NCBI GenBank assembly: GCA_018262505.1
Contig: JAGSYV010000037.1
Span: 2,322-66,321 of the forward strand
Length of the DNA stretch: 64,000 nucleotides
Direction of reading: 5' to 3'
Source: Pseudomonadota bacterium
GTDB lineage: Bacteria; Pseudomonadota; Alphaproteobacteria; Rhizobiales; Pleomorphomonadaceae
Below the pieces are notes generated by a model. That model was not told the DNA's origin. It saw nothing but the letters and a program-made list of their open reading frames with translations, and made no database searches. A program made the position numbers and the translations under genes. Shown here one piece after another: positions 8,177 to 17,315 of this stretch; position 1 is the first letter of the stretch; the number at the start of each line of letters is the position of its first letter.

Positions 8177-9388
8177 TCAGTGCGCCAGTCCCCACTGCGG
8201 AAACGGGTCCGGCAGGTGGCGATAGCGGTCGGGGTTGAAGCGCGTCGTCGTCAGGGCCTCGCCGACCAGGCAGTCATCGAGGGCGTGGCGGATCGCCGCC
8301 TCATCCATGCCGGCGCCGATGAACACCAGTTCCTGCCGGCGGTCTCCCCACACCGAATGCCAGTTGCGCTGCACGGCCATTCGCCATTCGGAATGGTCGG
8401 GCCAGTGCTCCCGAGGCACGGCGGCCCACCAGCGCCCGAGGGCTCCGGTGCGGCAGACAGCTCCGGCGATCGATAGTTCTCCGCACCAGTCGGCCCGCGT
8501 GGCGAGCCAGAAGTGCCCCTTGGCGCGGATGACGCCGGGAAGATTCTGGCGCAGGAAGGCGCTGAAGGCGCACGGATGGAAGGGCCGCCGGGCGCGATAG
8601 ACGAAGGAGCCTATGCCGTATTCCTCGGTTTCCGGCACATGGTCGCGGAAGCCGTAGAGCTCCTTGGCCCAGAGCGGGTGCCTCTCCGCCCTGTCGCGGT
8701 CGAACAGGCCGGTGTCGAGCACGGCTTCCAGCGGCACGCGGCCGAAATCGGCCTCGACGATCCTGGCATCGGCGTTGAGCGCCCGCACGATCTTGCGGGC
8801 CAGATCTCGCCGCTCGTCGCCGGCATCCGACATCTTGTTGAGAACGACGACGTCGGCGAACTCGATCTGCTCGGTGAGGAGGTCGGCGAGCGTGCGTTCG
8901 TCGTCGATGCCCGCCGTTTCGCCGCGATCTCCAAGCAGGTCTTCCGAGCCGAAATCGGCCGTCAGGTTGATGGCGTCGACCACCGTGACCATGGTGTCGA
9001 TGCGGGCGATGTCGGACAGCGAGAAGCCGCCCTCGTCGCGGAAGTCGAACGTGGCGGCGATCGGCAGCGGCTCGGCGATGCCGGTCGCCTCGATCAGCAG
9101 GTAGTCGAAGCGGCCGGAGCGGGCGAGGTTGGCGACCTCGGCGAGCAGGTCGTCGCGCAAAGTGCAGCAGATGCAGCCATTCGACAGCTCCACCAGCTTC
9201 TCGTCGACGCGGGAAAGGCCGCCGCCCTCGCGAACGAGGTCGGCGTCGATGTTGACCTCGCTCATGTCGTTGACGATGACGGCGACGCGGCGGCCCGCGC
9301 GATTGTTGAGGATGTGGTTGAGCAGCGTCGTCTTGCCGGCGCCGAGAAAGCCCGACAGCACGGTCACGGGGAGAAGAGAGGCGCTCAT
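8177..9388 (-). CDS. COG0523 zinc metallochaperone GTPase (YciC/ZigA-like)
   Basis: [44 protein letters not shown] and C-terminal PDPFPQW. Confidence 0.93.
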   Translation of the reverse strand: MSASLLPVTVLSGFLGAGKTTLLNHILNNRAGRRVAVIVNDMSEVNIDADLVREGGGLSRVDEKLVELSNGCICCTLRDDLLAEVANLARSGRFDYLLIEATGIAEPLPIAATFDFRDEGGFSLSDIARIDTMVTVVDAINLTADFGSEDLLGDRGETAGIDDERTLADLLTEQIEFADVVVLNKMSDAGDERRDLARKIVRALNADARIVEADFGRVPLEAVLDTGLFDRDRAERHPLWAKELYGFRDHVPETEEYGIGSFVYRARRPFHPCAFSAFLRQNLPGVIRAKGHFWLATRADWCGELSIAGAVCRTGALGRWWAAVPREHWPDHSEWRMAVQRNWHSVWGDRRQELVFIGAGMDEAAIRHALDDCLVGEALTTTRFNPDRYRHLPDPFPQWGLAH

Positions 9389-9403
9389 GGGTAAACTCAC
9401 CAA

Positions 9404-9425
9404 GTGTTATGTTATAACATAACGT
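9404..9425. promoter_or_regulatory. Overlapping double Zur box
   Basis: GTGTTATGTTATAACATAACGT about 15 bp upstream of the YciC-like start. Confidence 0.78.
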
Positions 9426-9619
9426 CTGCCTAACAGGCAGCACTCCCCAATGTCAACGTCCCTTCGCTTGGCTTTTGCCTTTGTCGGGATGGCGCGGCGT
9501 GTGGCGGGTCCGGCAAATGATGGGAGAGTTACGCGGCGTTCCCCGATCGCCATGGCGGGCGGAAAGGGGCGGGGCCATCCACCGGCCGCGAAGTCTCCCT
9601 ACCACCTTTCGGGCGGATG

Positions 9620-11728
9620 CTAGATCGAGCTGATCGTCTTGAGGCGGACCTTGGGGTGGACCTCGGCCTGGCTCATCACCGTGGTGTGGGCGCGGAAGCG
9701 CTCGACGATGGAGCGGACGAAGGGGCGGTTCATCGGGCTGGTCATCAGCACCGGCAGCTCGCCCTTCTTGGCCGCTTCCTCGAACTGGTCGCGGACGGCG
9801 CCGACGAATTCCTGCAGCTTGCTGGGCGCCATGGCAAGGCGCCGGTCATCACCCTCGCCGACGATGCTCTCGATGAAGTTTTGCTCCCAGGCCGACGACA
9901 GGCTGATCAGCGGCAGGTAGCCACCGGGCGCCTGGTTGGCAGCGCAGATCTGGCGGGCAAGGCGGGCGCGGACGTGCTCGGCGATGGTCTGCGTGGCGTG
10001 CGAGATGGAAAGACCCTCGGCGATGCCTTCGAGAATGGTGCCGAGGTCGCGGATCGACACCCGCTCGGCGAGCAGCAGCTGCAGGATGCGCTGGATGCCG
10101 GAGACGGTGATCTGGCTCGGCACGATCTCGTCGATCAGCTTGGCCTGGTCGGACGGCACTTCGGACAACAGCTTCTTGACGTCGGCATAGGACAAGAGTT
10201 CGGAGACGTTGGTCTTCAGCGTTTCCGAAAGATGGGTGGAGAGAACGGTGGCCGGATCGACGACGGTGTAGCCGCGGATCGCCGCTTCCTCGCGCAGGCG
10301 GCCGTCCACCCAGGTGGCCGGCAGGCCGAAGGTGGGTTCGGTGGTCTGGGTGCCGGGGATGGTCACCTTGCCGCCCATCGGGTCCATGACCATGTACTGG
10401 CCGGGGTAGAGCGTGCCCTTGCCGGCATCCACTTCCTTGATCTTGATGACGTATTCGTTGGCGGCGAGCTGCACGTTATCCAGAAGCCTGACCGGCGGCA
10501 TGATGTAGCCGAGGTCGGAGGCGATCTGGCGGCGCAGCGCCTTGATCTGGTCGGACAGCTTCTCGCCGCCGCCCTTGCCGTTGTCGTTGATCAGCGGCAG
10601 CAGGCCATAGCCGAGCTCGACGCGCAGGTCGTCCATCTTGAGGGCCGTGGCGATCGGCTCCTCGGCCGGTGGCGGCGGTGGCGCCTCGGCTTCCGCCTTG
10701 GCGGTGACGGCGGCGACGCGGCGCTTGAGATTTTCGCGCTTGGCCCAAAGGGCGAGGCCGCCGGCACCGGCGCCGAGCGCGGCGAACGGCAGGAAGGGCA
10801 GGCCGGGCAACAGCGACAACAGGCCCATGACGGCGCCCGACAGGCCCAAAGCGGCGGGATAGCCGGTGAGCTGGCCGGACAGCGCCTTGTCGGCGGCGCC
10901 GGACACGCCCGCCTTGGACACCAGCAGGCCGGCGGCGGTGGAAACGATCAACGCCGGGATCTGGCTGACGAGACCGTCGCCGACGGAGAGGACGGTGTAG
11001 GAGTGGCCGGCTTCCGACAGCGTGATGCCCATCTGCATCGTGCCGATGATGATGCCGCCGATCACATTGATGAAGGTGATCAAGAGGCCGGCGATGGCGT
11101 CGCCGCGCACGAACTTCGAGGCGCCGTCCATGGCGCCGAAGAAGGCGCTTTCCGATTCCAGGTCCTTGCGCCGCTTCCTCGCCTCGTCCTCCTTGATCAG
11201 GCCCGACGACAGGTCGGCGTCGATGGCCATCTGCTTGCCGGGCATGGCGTCGAGGTTGAAGCGGGCGGCGACTTCGGCGATGCGGCCCGAACCCTTGGTG
11301 ATGACGATGAAATTGACGATGACCAGGATGCCGAAAACGATGATGCCGATGACGAAGTTGCCGCCCATCACGAAGGCGCCGAAGGCCTCGATGACGTGGC
11401 CTGCCGCGTCGGTTCCCTCGTGACCATGGCTGAGGATGAGGCGCGTCGACGCCAGGTTGAGCGACAGACGCAGCATCGTCGAGATCAGCAGGATGGTTGG
11501 GAAGGCGGTGAATTCCAGCGGCGTCTGAATGAACAGCGCCGTCATCATGATCAGCACCGAGAAGATGATCGACACCGCCAGCATGAAGTCGAGCAGCATC
11601 GCCGGCATCGGCAGGATCAGGATGACCCCGCGCAGCAGGTTGGTGCGCAGCTCCGCGCCGGTCGGCACGCTGAGGCCGAAGGGAATCCTGGACGGTGCCG
11701 TCTGAGGGGCTGAGGTGAGGTCGCTCAA
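9620..11728 (-). CDS. flhA: Flagellar export protein FlhA, probably lacking about 12 aa of the first TM helix
   Basis: FIVITKGSGRIAEVAARFNLDAMPGKQMAIDADL and FFGAMDGASKFVRGDAIAG motifs; TTG start inferred. Confidence 0.95.
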   Translation of the reverse strand: MSDLTSAPQTAPSRIPFGLSVPTGAELRTNLLRGVILILPMPAMLLDFMLAVSIIFSVLIMMTALFIQTPLEFTAFPTILLISTMLRLSLNLASTRLILSHGHEGTDAAGHVIEAFGAFVMGGNFVIGIIVFGILVIVNFIVITKGSGRIAEVAARFNLDAMPGKQMAIDADLSSGLIKEDEARKRRKDLESESAFFGAMDGASKFVRGDAIAGLLITFINVIGGIIIGTMQMGITLSEAGHSYTVLSVGDGLVSQIPALIVSTAAGLLVSKAGVSGAADKALSGQLTGYPAALGLSGAVMGLLSLLPGLPFLPFAALGAGAGGLALWAKRENLKRRVAAVTAKAEAEAPPPPPAEEPIATALKMDDLRVELGYGLLPLINDNGKGGGEKLSDQIKALRRQIASDLGYIMPPVRLLDNVQLAANEYVIKIKEVDAGKGTLYPGQYMVMDPMGGKVTIPGTQTTEPTFGLPATWVDGRLREEAAIRGYTVVDPATVLSTHLSETLKTNVSELLSYADVKKLLSEVPSDQAKLIDEIVPSQITVSGIQRILQLLLAERVSIRDLGTILEGIAEGLSISHATQTIAEHVRARLARQICAANQAPGGYLPLISLSSAWEQNFIESIVGEGDDRRLAMAPSKLQEFVGAVRDQFEEAAKKGELPVLMTSPMNRPFVRSIVERFRAHTTVMSQAEVHPKVRLKTISSI

Positions 11729-11774
11729 GTCGATCGTTTCCAGGGTTGCCGGCTGCGCGACGCACATTGCGCCA

Positions 11775-11793
11775 CCCGGCAGAATTTGCCGGG
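11775..11793. promoter_or_regulatory. FlbD-binding ftr-like element at the flhA promoter
   Basis: CCCGGCA-GAATT-TGCCGGG palindrome lying between the CtrA box and flhA. Confidence 0.65.
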
Positions 11794-11800
11794 TTCATGG

Positions 11801-11815
11801 TTAACGGGTGGTTAA
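11801..11815. promoter_or_regulatory. CtrA binding site (flhA class II promoter)
   Basis: Perfect TTAA-CGGGTGG-TTAA (TTAA-N7-TTAA). Confidence 0.8.
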
Positions 11816-12145
11816 CAGGGGCGGTGCCAGCTGTGGATGATGAGGAGAGAGGGTGCTGATGACCCCCTGTCCGCTGCAAAAGGTCATTGTGACGAAAATG
11901 GTCCACAGCCAGGGAAGCGCCATCAGGTAGGACCGCTTCTTGCCCGACAGGTAGCAAGCCACGGCGCCGACGAGAAAGGATGTAAACACCGATACGCCGA
12001 TAAGGGCCATCAAGCCCGCGAAGGCGTCATTGGCTAAGGTCGTTGCCGACGTGAAGGCGTCCAGCGCCATGCCGACCGTCATGACGGCAAAAAAGCCGGC
12101 GAAGATGGAGGCGATCAAATAGCCGACGGCGGTGACATGCCGCAT
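11801..12145 (-). CDS. Hypothetical small membrane protein (about 3 TM)
   Basis: Three hydrophobic stretches; lower GC; stop codon overlaps the CtrA box. Confidence 0.5.
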   Translation of the reverse strand: MRHVTAVGYLIASIFAGFFAVMTVGMALDAFTSATTLANDAFAGLMALIGVSVFTSFLVGAVACYLSGKKRSYLMALPWLWTIFVTMTFCSGQGVISTLSPHHPQLAPPLLTTR

Positions 12146-12447
12146 CACGTTGTCCTGCTCCGAATCCTGCGGTTGCAATAATAGCGTGTTTCGTCCCTGC
12201 GTGGCTAACGCGACCAAAGACAAGGCTCCGACCTTTGACAGGTCACGGCGTCGGCGGTAACTTTTGCCTCGTTCCTGAGGAGGCTTTATGTCCCGCTAAG
12301 GCGGGGAGGACGGAGTTCCTCCCCTCGCAAGTCTGATCCACACAAGACGCTCGGCGATATCGCGGGCGCGTGGAGGCTTGCGCGTTTCCATGTGTTATCA
12401 TTTCGCGCCGGGGTTTTGCCCATGGCCACATTGGAAAGCCTACCGCA

Positions 12448-13470
12448 ATGACACGGGACTATTCCCGCTTTCTGCCGTCCCCTCCGGGCGGTTCCGGACA
12501 CCACATGCCGACCGGCGATCTCGCCCGCACGCCGCCGGTGCGCGTCACCAACATCGAGCGTAGCGGTCTCCGCGTCGAGGGCGATGGCCTTGTCGCGGCG
12601 TTGCCGCCGCGCGCCGATACGGCGATCGGCGACTGGTTGCTTTATGACGCGGCCAGCCCCGGCGCCAGCCGGCTGCTCGAGCGCAAGAGCCTGTTCCGTC
12701 GGCGGGCGGCCGGCACCGGGCGCGGCGTGCAGTTGATCGCCGCCAACGTCGACACCGTCTTCGTCGTCACCTCCTGCAACCGCGACTTCAACGTGGCGCG
12801 CCTTGAGCGCTATGTCGCGGAGTCCTTCGAGGCCGGCGTCGAGCCGGTGATCGTGATCACCAAGGCCGATCTGACCGACGACCCCGGCGAGTTCGTCGCT
12901 GCCGTGGCGGCGGTGTCGGCGGCGGCCGTCGTGCTCGACGCGCTCGGTCCCGAACCGAGAGAGAAGCTGGCGCCCTGGTGCAAGCCGGGCCGCACCGTCG
13001 CCTTTCTCGGCTCGTCCGGCGTCGGCAAGTCAACGCTGGTCAACGCGCTGTCCGGCAAGGCAACGGCGGCGACCGGCGGCATTCGCGAGGACGACTCCCG
13101 GGGGCGGCATACCACCACCAGCCGGAATCTCTACGTGCTGCCGGAGGGCTATGCCGTGCTCGATACGCCGGGCATGCGCGAGCTGCAGCTCGCGGATGCG
13201 CCGGAGGGCATCGCCGAGGTGTTCTCCGACCTCGCCGATCTCGCGGCGAACTGCCGCTTCAGCGATTGCCGCCATGAGAGCGAACCCGGCTGCGCCGTGC
13301 GGTCGGCCATTGCCGCCGGCGAGATCGACGAGCCGCGATTGCACCGCTGGCAGAAGCTTCAGCGCGAGGAAGCCTTCAACTCGGCGAGCCTTGCTGAGCG
13401 ACGCCAGCGCGATCGAGGGTTCGGCCGGATGGTGCGCTCGATCCTCAAAGACAAGCCCGGGAAACGCTGA
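12448..13470 (+). CDS. rsgA: Ribosome small subunit-dependent GTPase A (RsgA-like)
   Basis: IAANVD, TKAD, GSSGVGKSTL, GRHTTT, DTPGMRE and CRFSDCRHESEPGC zinc finger. Confidence 0.93.
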   Translation: MTRDYSRFLPSPPGGSGHHMPTGDLARTPPVRVTNIERSGLRVEGDGLVAALPPRADTAIGDWLLYDAASPGASRLLERKSLFRRRAAGTGRGVQLIAANVDTVFVVTSCNRDFNVARLERYVAESFEAGVEPVIVITKADLTDDPGEFVAAVAAVSAAAVVLDALGPEPREKLAPWCKPGRTVAFLGSSGVGKSTLVNALSGKATAATGGIREDDSRGRHTTTSRNLYVLPEGYAVLDTPGMRELQLADAPEGIAEVFSDLADLAANCRFSDCRHESEPGCAVRSAIAAGEIDEPRLHRWQKLQREEAFNSASLAERRQRDRGFGRMVRSILKDKPGKR

Positions 13471-13528
13471 CGGGACTATCCGCCCCGGTCGGAAGGCCGG
13501 GGCGGGACGGACCGGCGGCGCTATCGGA

Positions 13529-14272
13529 TTAGGCTGTCAGCGTTTTTCGCCATCTGGTCAGCAGATGGGCAATCATGGCGCCGCCGGTGACGACGAAAGC
13601 CAGGTAGATTACGGAATATGGCGCCAGCAACCAGGCGTAAGTCGCAATCGGTATCATCAGCAGTGCCCCAACGGTTTGCACCATCAGGACAACGATCCTG
13701 CCGATCGTCAGCCGCCGATCAGGCCCTAGAACATAGCGGCTGGCCGGCAGGAGGAGCAGCCAGAACGACATCCACCATGCCAGGGCAATGCCCGTGGTCA
13801 TCCAGGATGTCGCAAGGCCGGCGATTTCAAATCGGATAGTTTCGCCGAGGGTTGCCGCGCGGCCGGCAAAACCGAAGTCGGAGGTCATATCCTCGGGGTA
13901 CTGCTGCGGCTTGCCGTCCTTTTCGATCGGACCGTGGTTGCGCCATTCGTCCTCCACCGGTTGGTAAACCGTGCGCGTCAGATTGTCATAGACAAGGCAC
14001 TGGCGCGCCACGCCGCCCTTCTCGCAGTAGATCCGCAGGGCTTCGGATAAAGGCGAAGCAGCGAGGAGTGCGCCATTCTGATCGACGACAACCGCCCTCA
14101 TCGGATCGGTAAAGAAAATACCGTCACCGTTTAGAAGCTTGAGCGTGACCGTCTGATGTTGTTCGGCAGAAATCGTTTCAGACTGCGAGAAATACGGACT
14201 GTGGGCTGTCGCAGGACCGCAAAATACCCCCGCCAGGACGCCGAACAGGAACATCATAGCGGACGTTCTCAT
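13529..14272 (-). CDS. Hypothetical protein with signal peptide and three C-terminal TM helices
   Basis: 247-aa ORF with lower GC, N-terminal signal ending ATA-H, hydrophobic C-terminus. Confidence 0.65.
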   Translation of the reverse strand: MRTSAMMFLFGVLAGVFCGPATAHSPYFSQSETISAEQHQTVTLKLLNGDGIFFTDPMRAVVVDQNGALLAASPLSEALRIYCEKGGVARQCLVYDNLTRTVYQPVEDEWRNHGPIEKDGKPQQYPEDMTSDFGFAGRAATLGETIRFEIAGLATSWMTTGIALAWWMSFWLLLLPASRYVLGPDRRLTIGRIVVLMVQTVGALLMIPIATYAWLLAPYSVIYLAFVVTGGAMIAHLLTRWRKTLTA

Positions 14273-14657
14273 GTTAGCTGCCCCCTAACCACGCATGACT
14301 ATTGAAAAATAGCATGGTCCTTTCATTTGGACCAGTACTCCTTAAAGTTGTTAATGCTCGATTCGGTCACGGCGTTCGACACGTTGATTCCCAGCTTTTC
14401 CGGCCTTCTTGCCGAGCGAAAAGGAGTATCGCATCGGCGGTCTCGCTACCTTCGGTCGATGACAATTGTTTGATCAGCATTACGACCGCGTCGTAGCTAG
14501 ATTTGCAGGGGCGCTCTATGGGGTATGTTGAGCATCGTCGGAAAAGTGGAGACTGTTTTTCACACGAGTGGTGCGACAATGAAAACTGGAACGACGCTTT
14601 GCGTTCGTCAGGGCGCGCGCCGTTCGTGTGGAGCAAACAACGAGACGGGGCCTGCCG

Positions 14658-15800
14658 ATGTTGCGATGTTTCCTCCGAGCCATCTGCTTATTGCTCGTGA
14701 CCGCCGTGCCGGCGCTTGCCCTGCCGAAGTGGCAGCAGTTTCCCGCGCCACCGCCCATGCCGCCGGCCGACCAAAGCGGCTTTGCCGACCTCCGCGGCAT
14801 CAGCATGTTTTATGCGGTCTATGGCAAGGGCAAGGGGGCGCCTATCCTGCTGATCCACGGCGGCATGTCCAGCGGCGACGTCTGGAGCTTCGAGGTGCCG
14901 ACGCTGGCACGGAACCATGAGGTGATCGTCGCCGACAGCCGCGGTCAGGGGCGGTCGACGCATGGCCTTGCCTGGATAACCTACCACCGGATGGCCGAGG
15001 ACTACGTGGCGTTGCTCGCAGCGCTCAAGATCGACAAGGTGACGCTGGTCGGCTGGAGCGACGGCGGCATCATCGGCATCGACATCGCCATGCATCATCC
15101 TGCGTTGCTGAACCGGCTGTTCGCCCAAGCACCCAATGTCACGCCCGATGGTCTGACGAAGATCCCCGACATCGATCCACCACCGCTCTCCGACAATCTG
15201 TCGCCCAGCGGGGCCTTTGAGGCTGATCCGGAAATTGAAAAGGCGCGCAACCGGCAGATGGCGCGCGAGCGCGTGTTCCGGCGGCTGTGGGCGACCGAGC
15301 CGAACTATTCGGATGCCGACCTCGCCAAGATCCACGTCCCCACCGCCATCGTCATCGGCGACCACGATCCGGTCATCCGCCCCGCCCACATCGCCCATAT
15401 CGCCCATACCATTCCCGGCGCCAGGCTGGTCGTGCTGAAGGATGTCGGCCATCCCGCCCATTCGCAGGACCCCAAGCAGTATCTCAAGGCTATCCTGGAT
15501 TTCATGGGTGAGCCGCCAAGTGCGCTCACGGGGGCACCGGCTCCGAAGGTGGCTCAGCCGCCCGCCGCCGTTGCGCAGTCGCAGACGAAGGTCGCTCCCA
15601 AGGCGCCTCAGCCGTCCGCCGCGATTGCGCAGTCGCAGACGAAAGCCGCTCCCAAGGCGCCGTCGCCGCTCGCCGCCGTTGCGCAGTCGCAAGTGATTGC
15701 AGCGCCCAAGCCGCGCGCTGTCCTTGTGCTGCCACCCACGACGGTCGGCTCCGAGGCGCCGTCAGTCGCGACCTCCCAAACGGCGGGGCTTTCCAACTAG
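14658..15800 (+). CDS. Exported alpha/beta hydrolase with repetitive C-terminal tail
   Basis: LLIHGG, DSRGQGRS, GWSDGG nucleophile elbow, GDHD and VGHPAH motifs. Confidence 0.88.
   Translation: MLRCFLRAICLLLVTAVPALALPKWQQFPAPPPMPPADQSGFADLRGISMFYAVYGKGKGAPILLIHGGMSSGDVWSFEVPTLARNHEVIVADSRGQGRSTHGLAWITYHRMAEDYVALLAALKIDKVTLVGWSDGGIIGIDIAMHHPALLNRLFAQAPNVTPDGLTKIPDIDPPPLSDNLSPSGAFEADPEIEKARNRQMARERVFRRLWATEPNYSDADLAKIHVPTAIVIGDHDPVIRPAHIAHIAHTIPGARLVVLKDVGHPAHSQDPKQYLKAILDFMGEPPSALTGAPAPKVAQPPAAVAQSQTKVAPKAPQPSAAIAQSQTKAAPKAPSPLAAVAQSQVIAAPKPRAVLVLPPTTVGSEAPSVATSQTAGLSN
15564..15713 (+). repeat. About 2.8 copies of a 54-bp in-frame tandem repeat (AAVAQSQTKxAPKAPxPx)
   Basis: Units start at 15564, 15618 and 15672 with core TTGCGCAGTCGCA. 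Confidence 0.85.
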
Positions 15801-16229
15801 GGAACGGTCCAGTGATTTTGGAGGCCTTTACACATGTCTTTGTCGACGGCCCCTTCAGCCAGCCTCAGGTGCTCCACCTGGAAATATCCGAGTTCAAGCG
15901 ACGAGCCTGAAGAGAGGCGAGGCGCATCAGCGGTCAAAGCGACCAACCCCGGCCGCAAAATCAGGTAGAGCCGGGTTTGGGCGCGAAGTGATGGCAAGGA
16001 ATGTCCGTCGATCCCGCCCCTCGATACGCCCGGCGCTAATCCGACGAGGTTTCCTCCGCTCAATGGCGCGGAAGAGGCGCTGCTGGTGAACCGTAGGACA
16101 CAACGTCTATCTGTCGCCCCCGTTGCCCGACGTTATGATTGCAGGTGATGTGGCGCTGACGGCCGGGTCGGCGCCGTGGTTAGGAAGCAAGCGAAGAGGT
16201 ACACGCCACACCGGTCTGGAGTGCGAGGC

Positions 16230-17315
16230 ATGCTGGATCGCCAGGCAAGGCTTTTCAAAAGCCCGTGGGGTTGGATGGCTGTTCTGGTCGCGGTGGCGGC
16301 CGGCGGCTGGTACGCGACCCAGCGCCTCTCCGAAGACCAGTTGCCGCCCGGCATCGCTCAAGGCAATGGCCGCATTGAGGCGGTCGCCATCGACATCTCG
16401 GCGCGCACCGGCGGACGGATTGAGGCGATCCTGGTGCGGGAGGGCGAGACGGTCAAGACCGGCCAGATCCTTGCTCAGATGGACACCCAGGACGTCAAGG
16501 CGCAGTTGCGCGAGGCGCGCGCCCAGTGGCAGCGTGGCCGCATCGGTCGGGACGTGGCCGAGAGTGGCGTCGTAGAGGCCCAGGCCGAACATTCGGCCGC
16601 GCAGGCCGTGGTGGCCCAGCGGCTCAGCGAGTTCGAGGCTGCCGATCGTAAGCTCGGTCGGTCGCAGCAACTCATCGATCGCAATACCGTAGCCCAGCAG
16701 ACCGTGGACGACGATCGCTCGCGGATGGAAGGTGCGCGGGCGGCGCTGGACGCGGCGCGTGCCCAAGTGGCCGCCGCCGAGGCCGGTATCGCCACGGCGC
16801 GGGCACGCATCGTCGATGCCGACGCCATTATCGAAGCCGCCGAAGCTACCATCCAGCGCATTCAGGTCGAACTCGACGACAGCACCCTGCGTTCCCCACG
16901 GGACGGGCGGGTGCAGTATCTGGTGGCGCAGCCCGGCGAGGTGGTGGCGGGCGGCGGACGAGTGCTGAACCTGATCGATCTCAGCGACGTCTACATGACC
17001 TTCTTCCTGCCGACGGTGGAGGCGGGCAGGGTGGCGCTGGGCGCCGAGGCGCGCATCGTGCTCGACACCGCGCCGGGGGTGGTCGTGCCGGCCGAGGTGT
17101 CCTTCCTTTCCGATGTGGCGCAGTTCACGCCGCGCACCGTGGAGACCTCGGAGGAGCGGCAGAACCTGATGTTCCGCGTCCGGGCGCGCGTGGCGCCCGA
17201 GTTGCTCAAGAAGCATGCCGACTATGTCAAGCCGGGCCTGCCGGGCGTCGCCTATGTTCGGATCGATCCGGACGTGGAATGGCCCGCCAGCCTCAACACC
17301 GGGCTGTTGAAATGA
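16230..17315 (+). CDS. HlyD-family periplasmic adaptor (YhiI-like)
   Basis: [41 protein letters not shown] and [10 protein letters not shown] motifs. Confidence 0.92.
   Translation: MLDRQARLFKSPWGWMAVLVAVAAGGWYATQRLSEDQLPPGIAQGNGRIEAVAIDISARTGGRIEAILVREGETVKTGQILAQMDTQDVKAQLREARAQWQRGRIGRDVAESGVVEAQAEHSAAQAVVAQRLSEFEAADRKLGRSQQLIDRNTVAQQTVDDDRSRMEGARAALDAARAQVAAAEAGIATARARIVDADAIIEAAEATIQRIQVELDDSTLRSPRDGRVQYLVAQPGEVVAGGGRVLNLIDLSDVYMTFFLPTVEAGRVALGAEARIVLDTAPGVVVPAEVSFLSDVAQFTPRTVETSEERQNLMFRVRARVAPELLKKHADYVKPGLPGVAYVRIDPDVEWPASLNTGLLK

Noticed and set aside
9617-11713. Long antisense ORFs (698 aa here; also 17252-19462, 22893-24647, 26022-27944, 30916-32700, 37073-38623)
   Set aside because: Shadow frames opposite well-supported genes, expected from high-GC codon bias; no recognisable motifs
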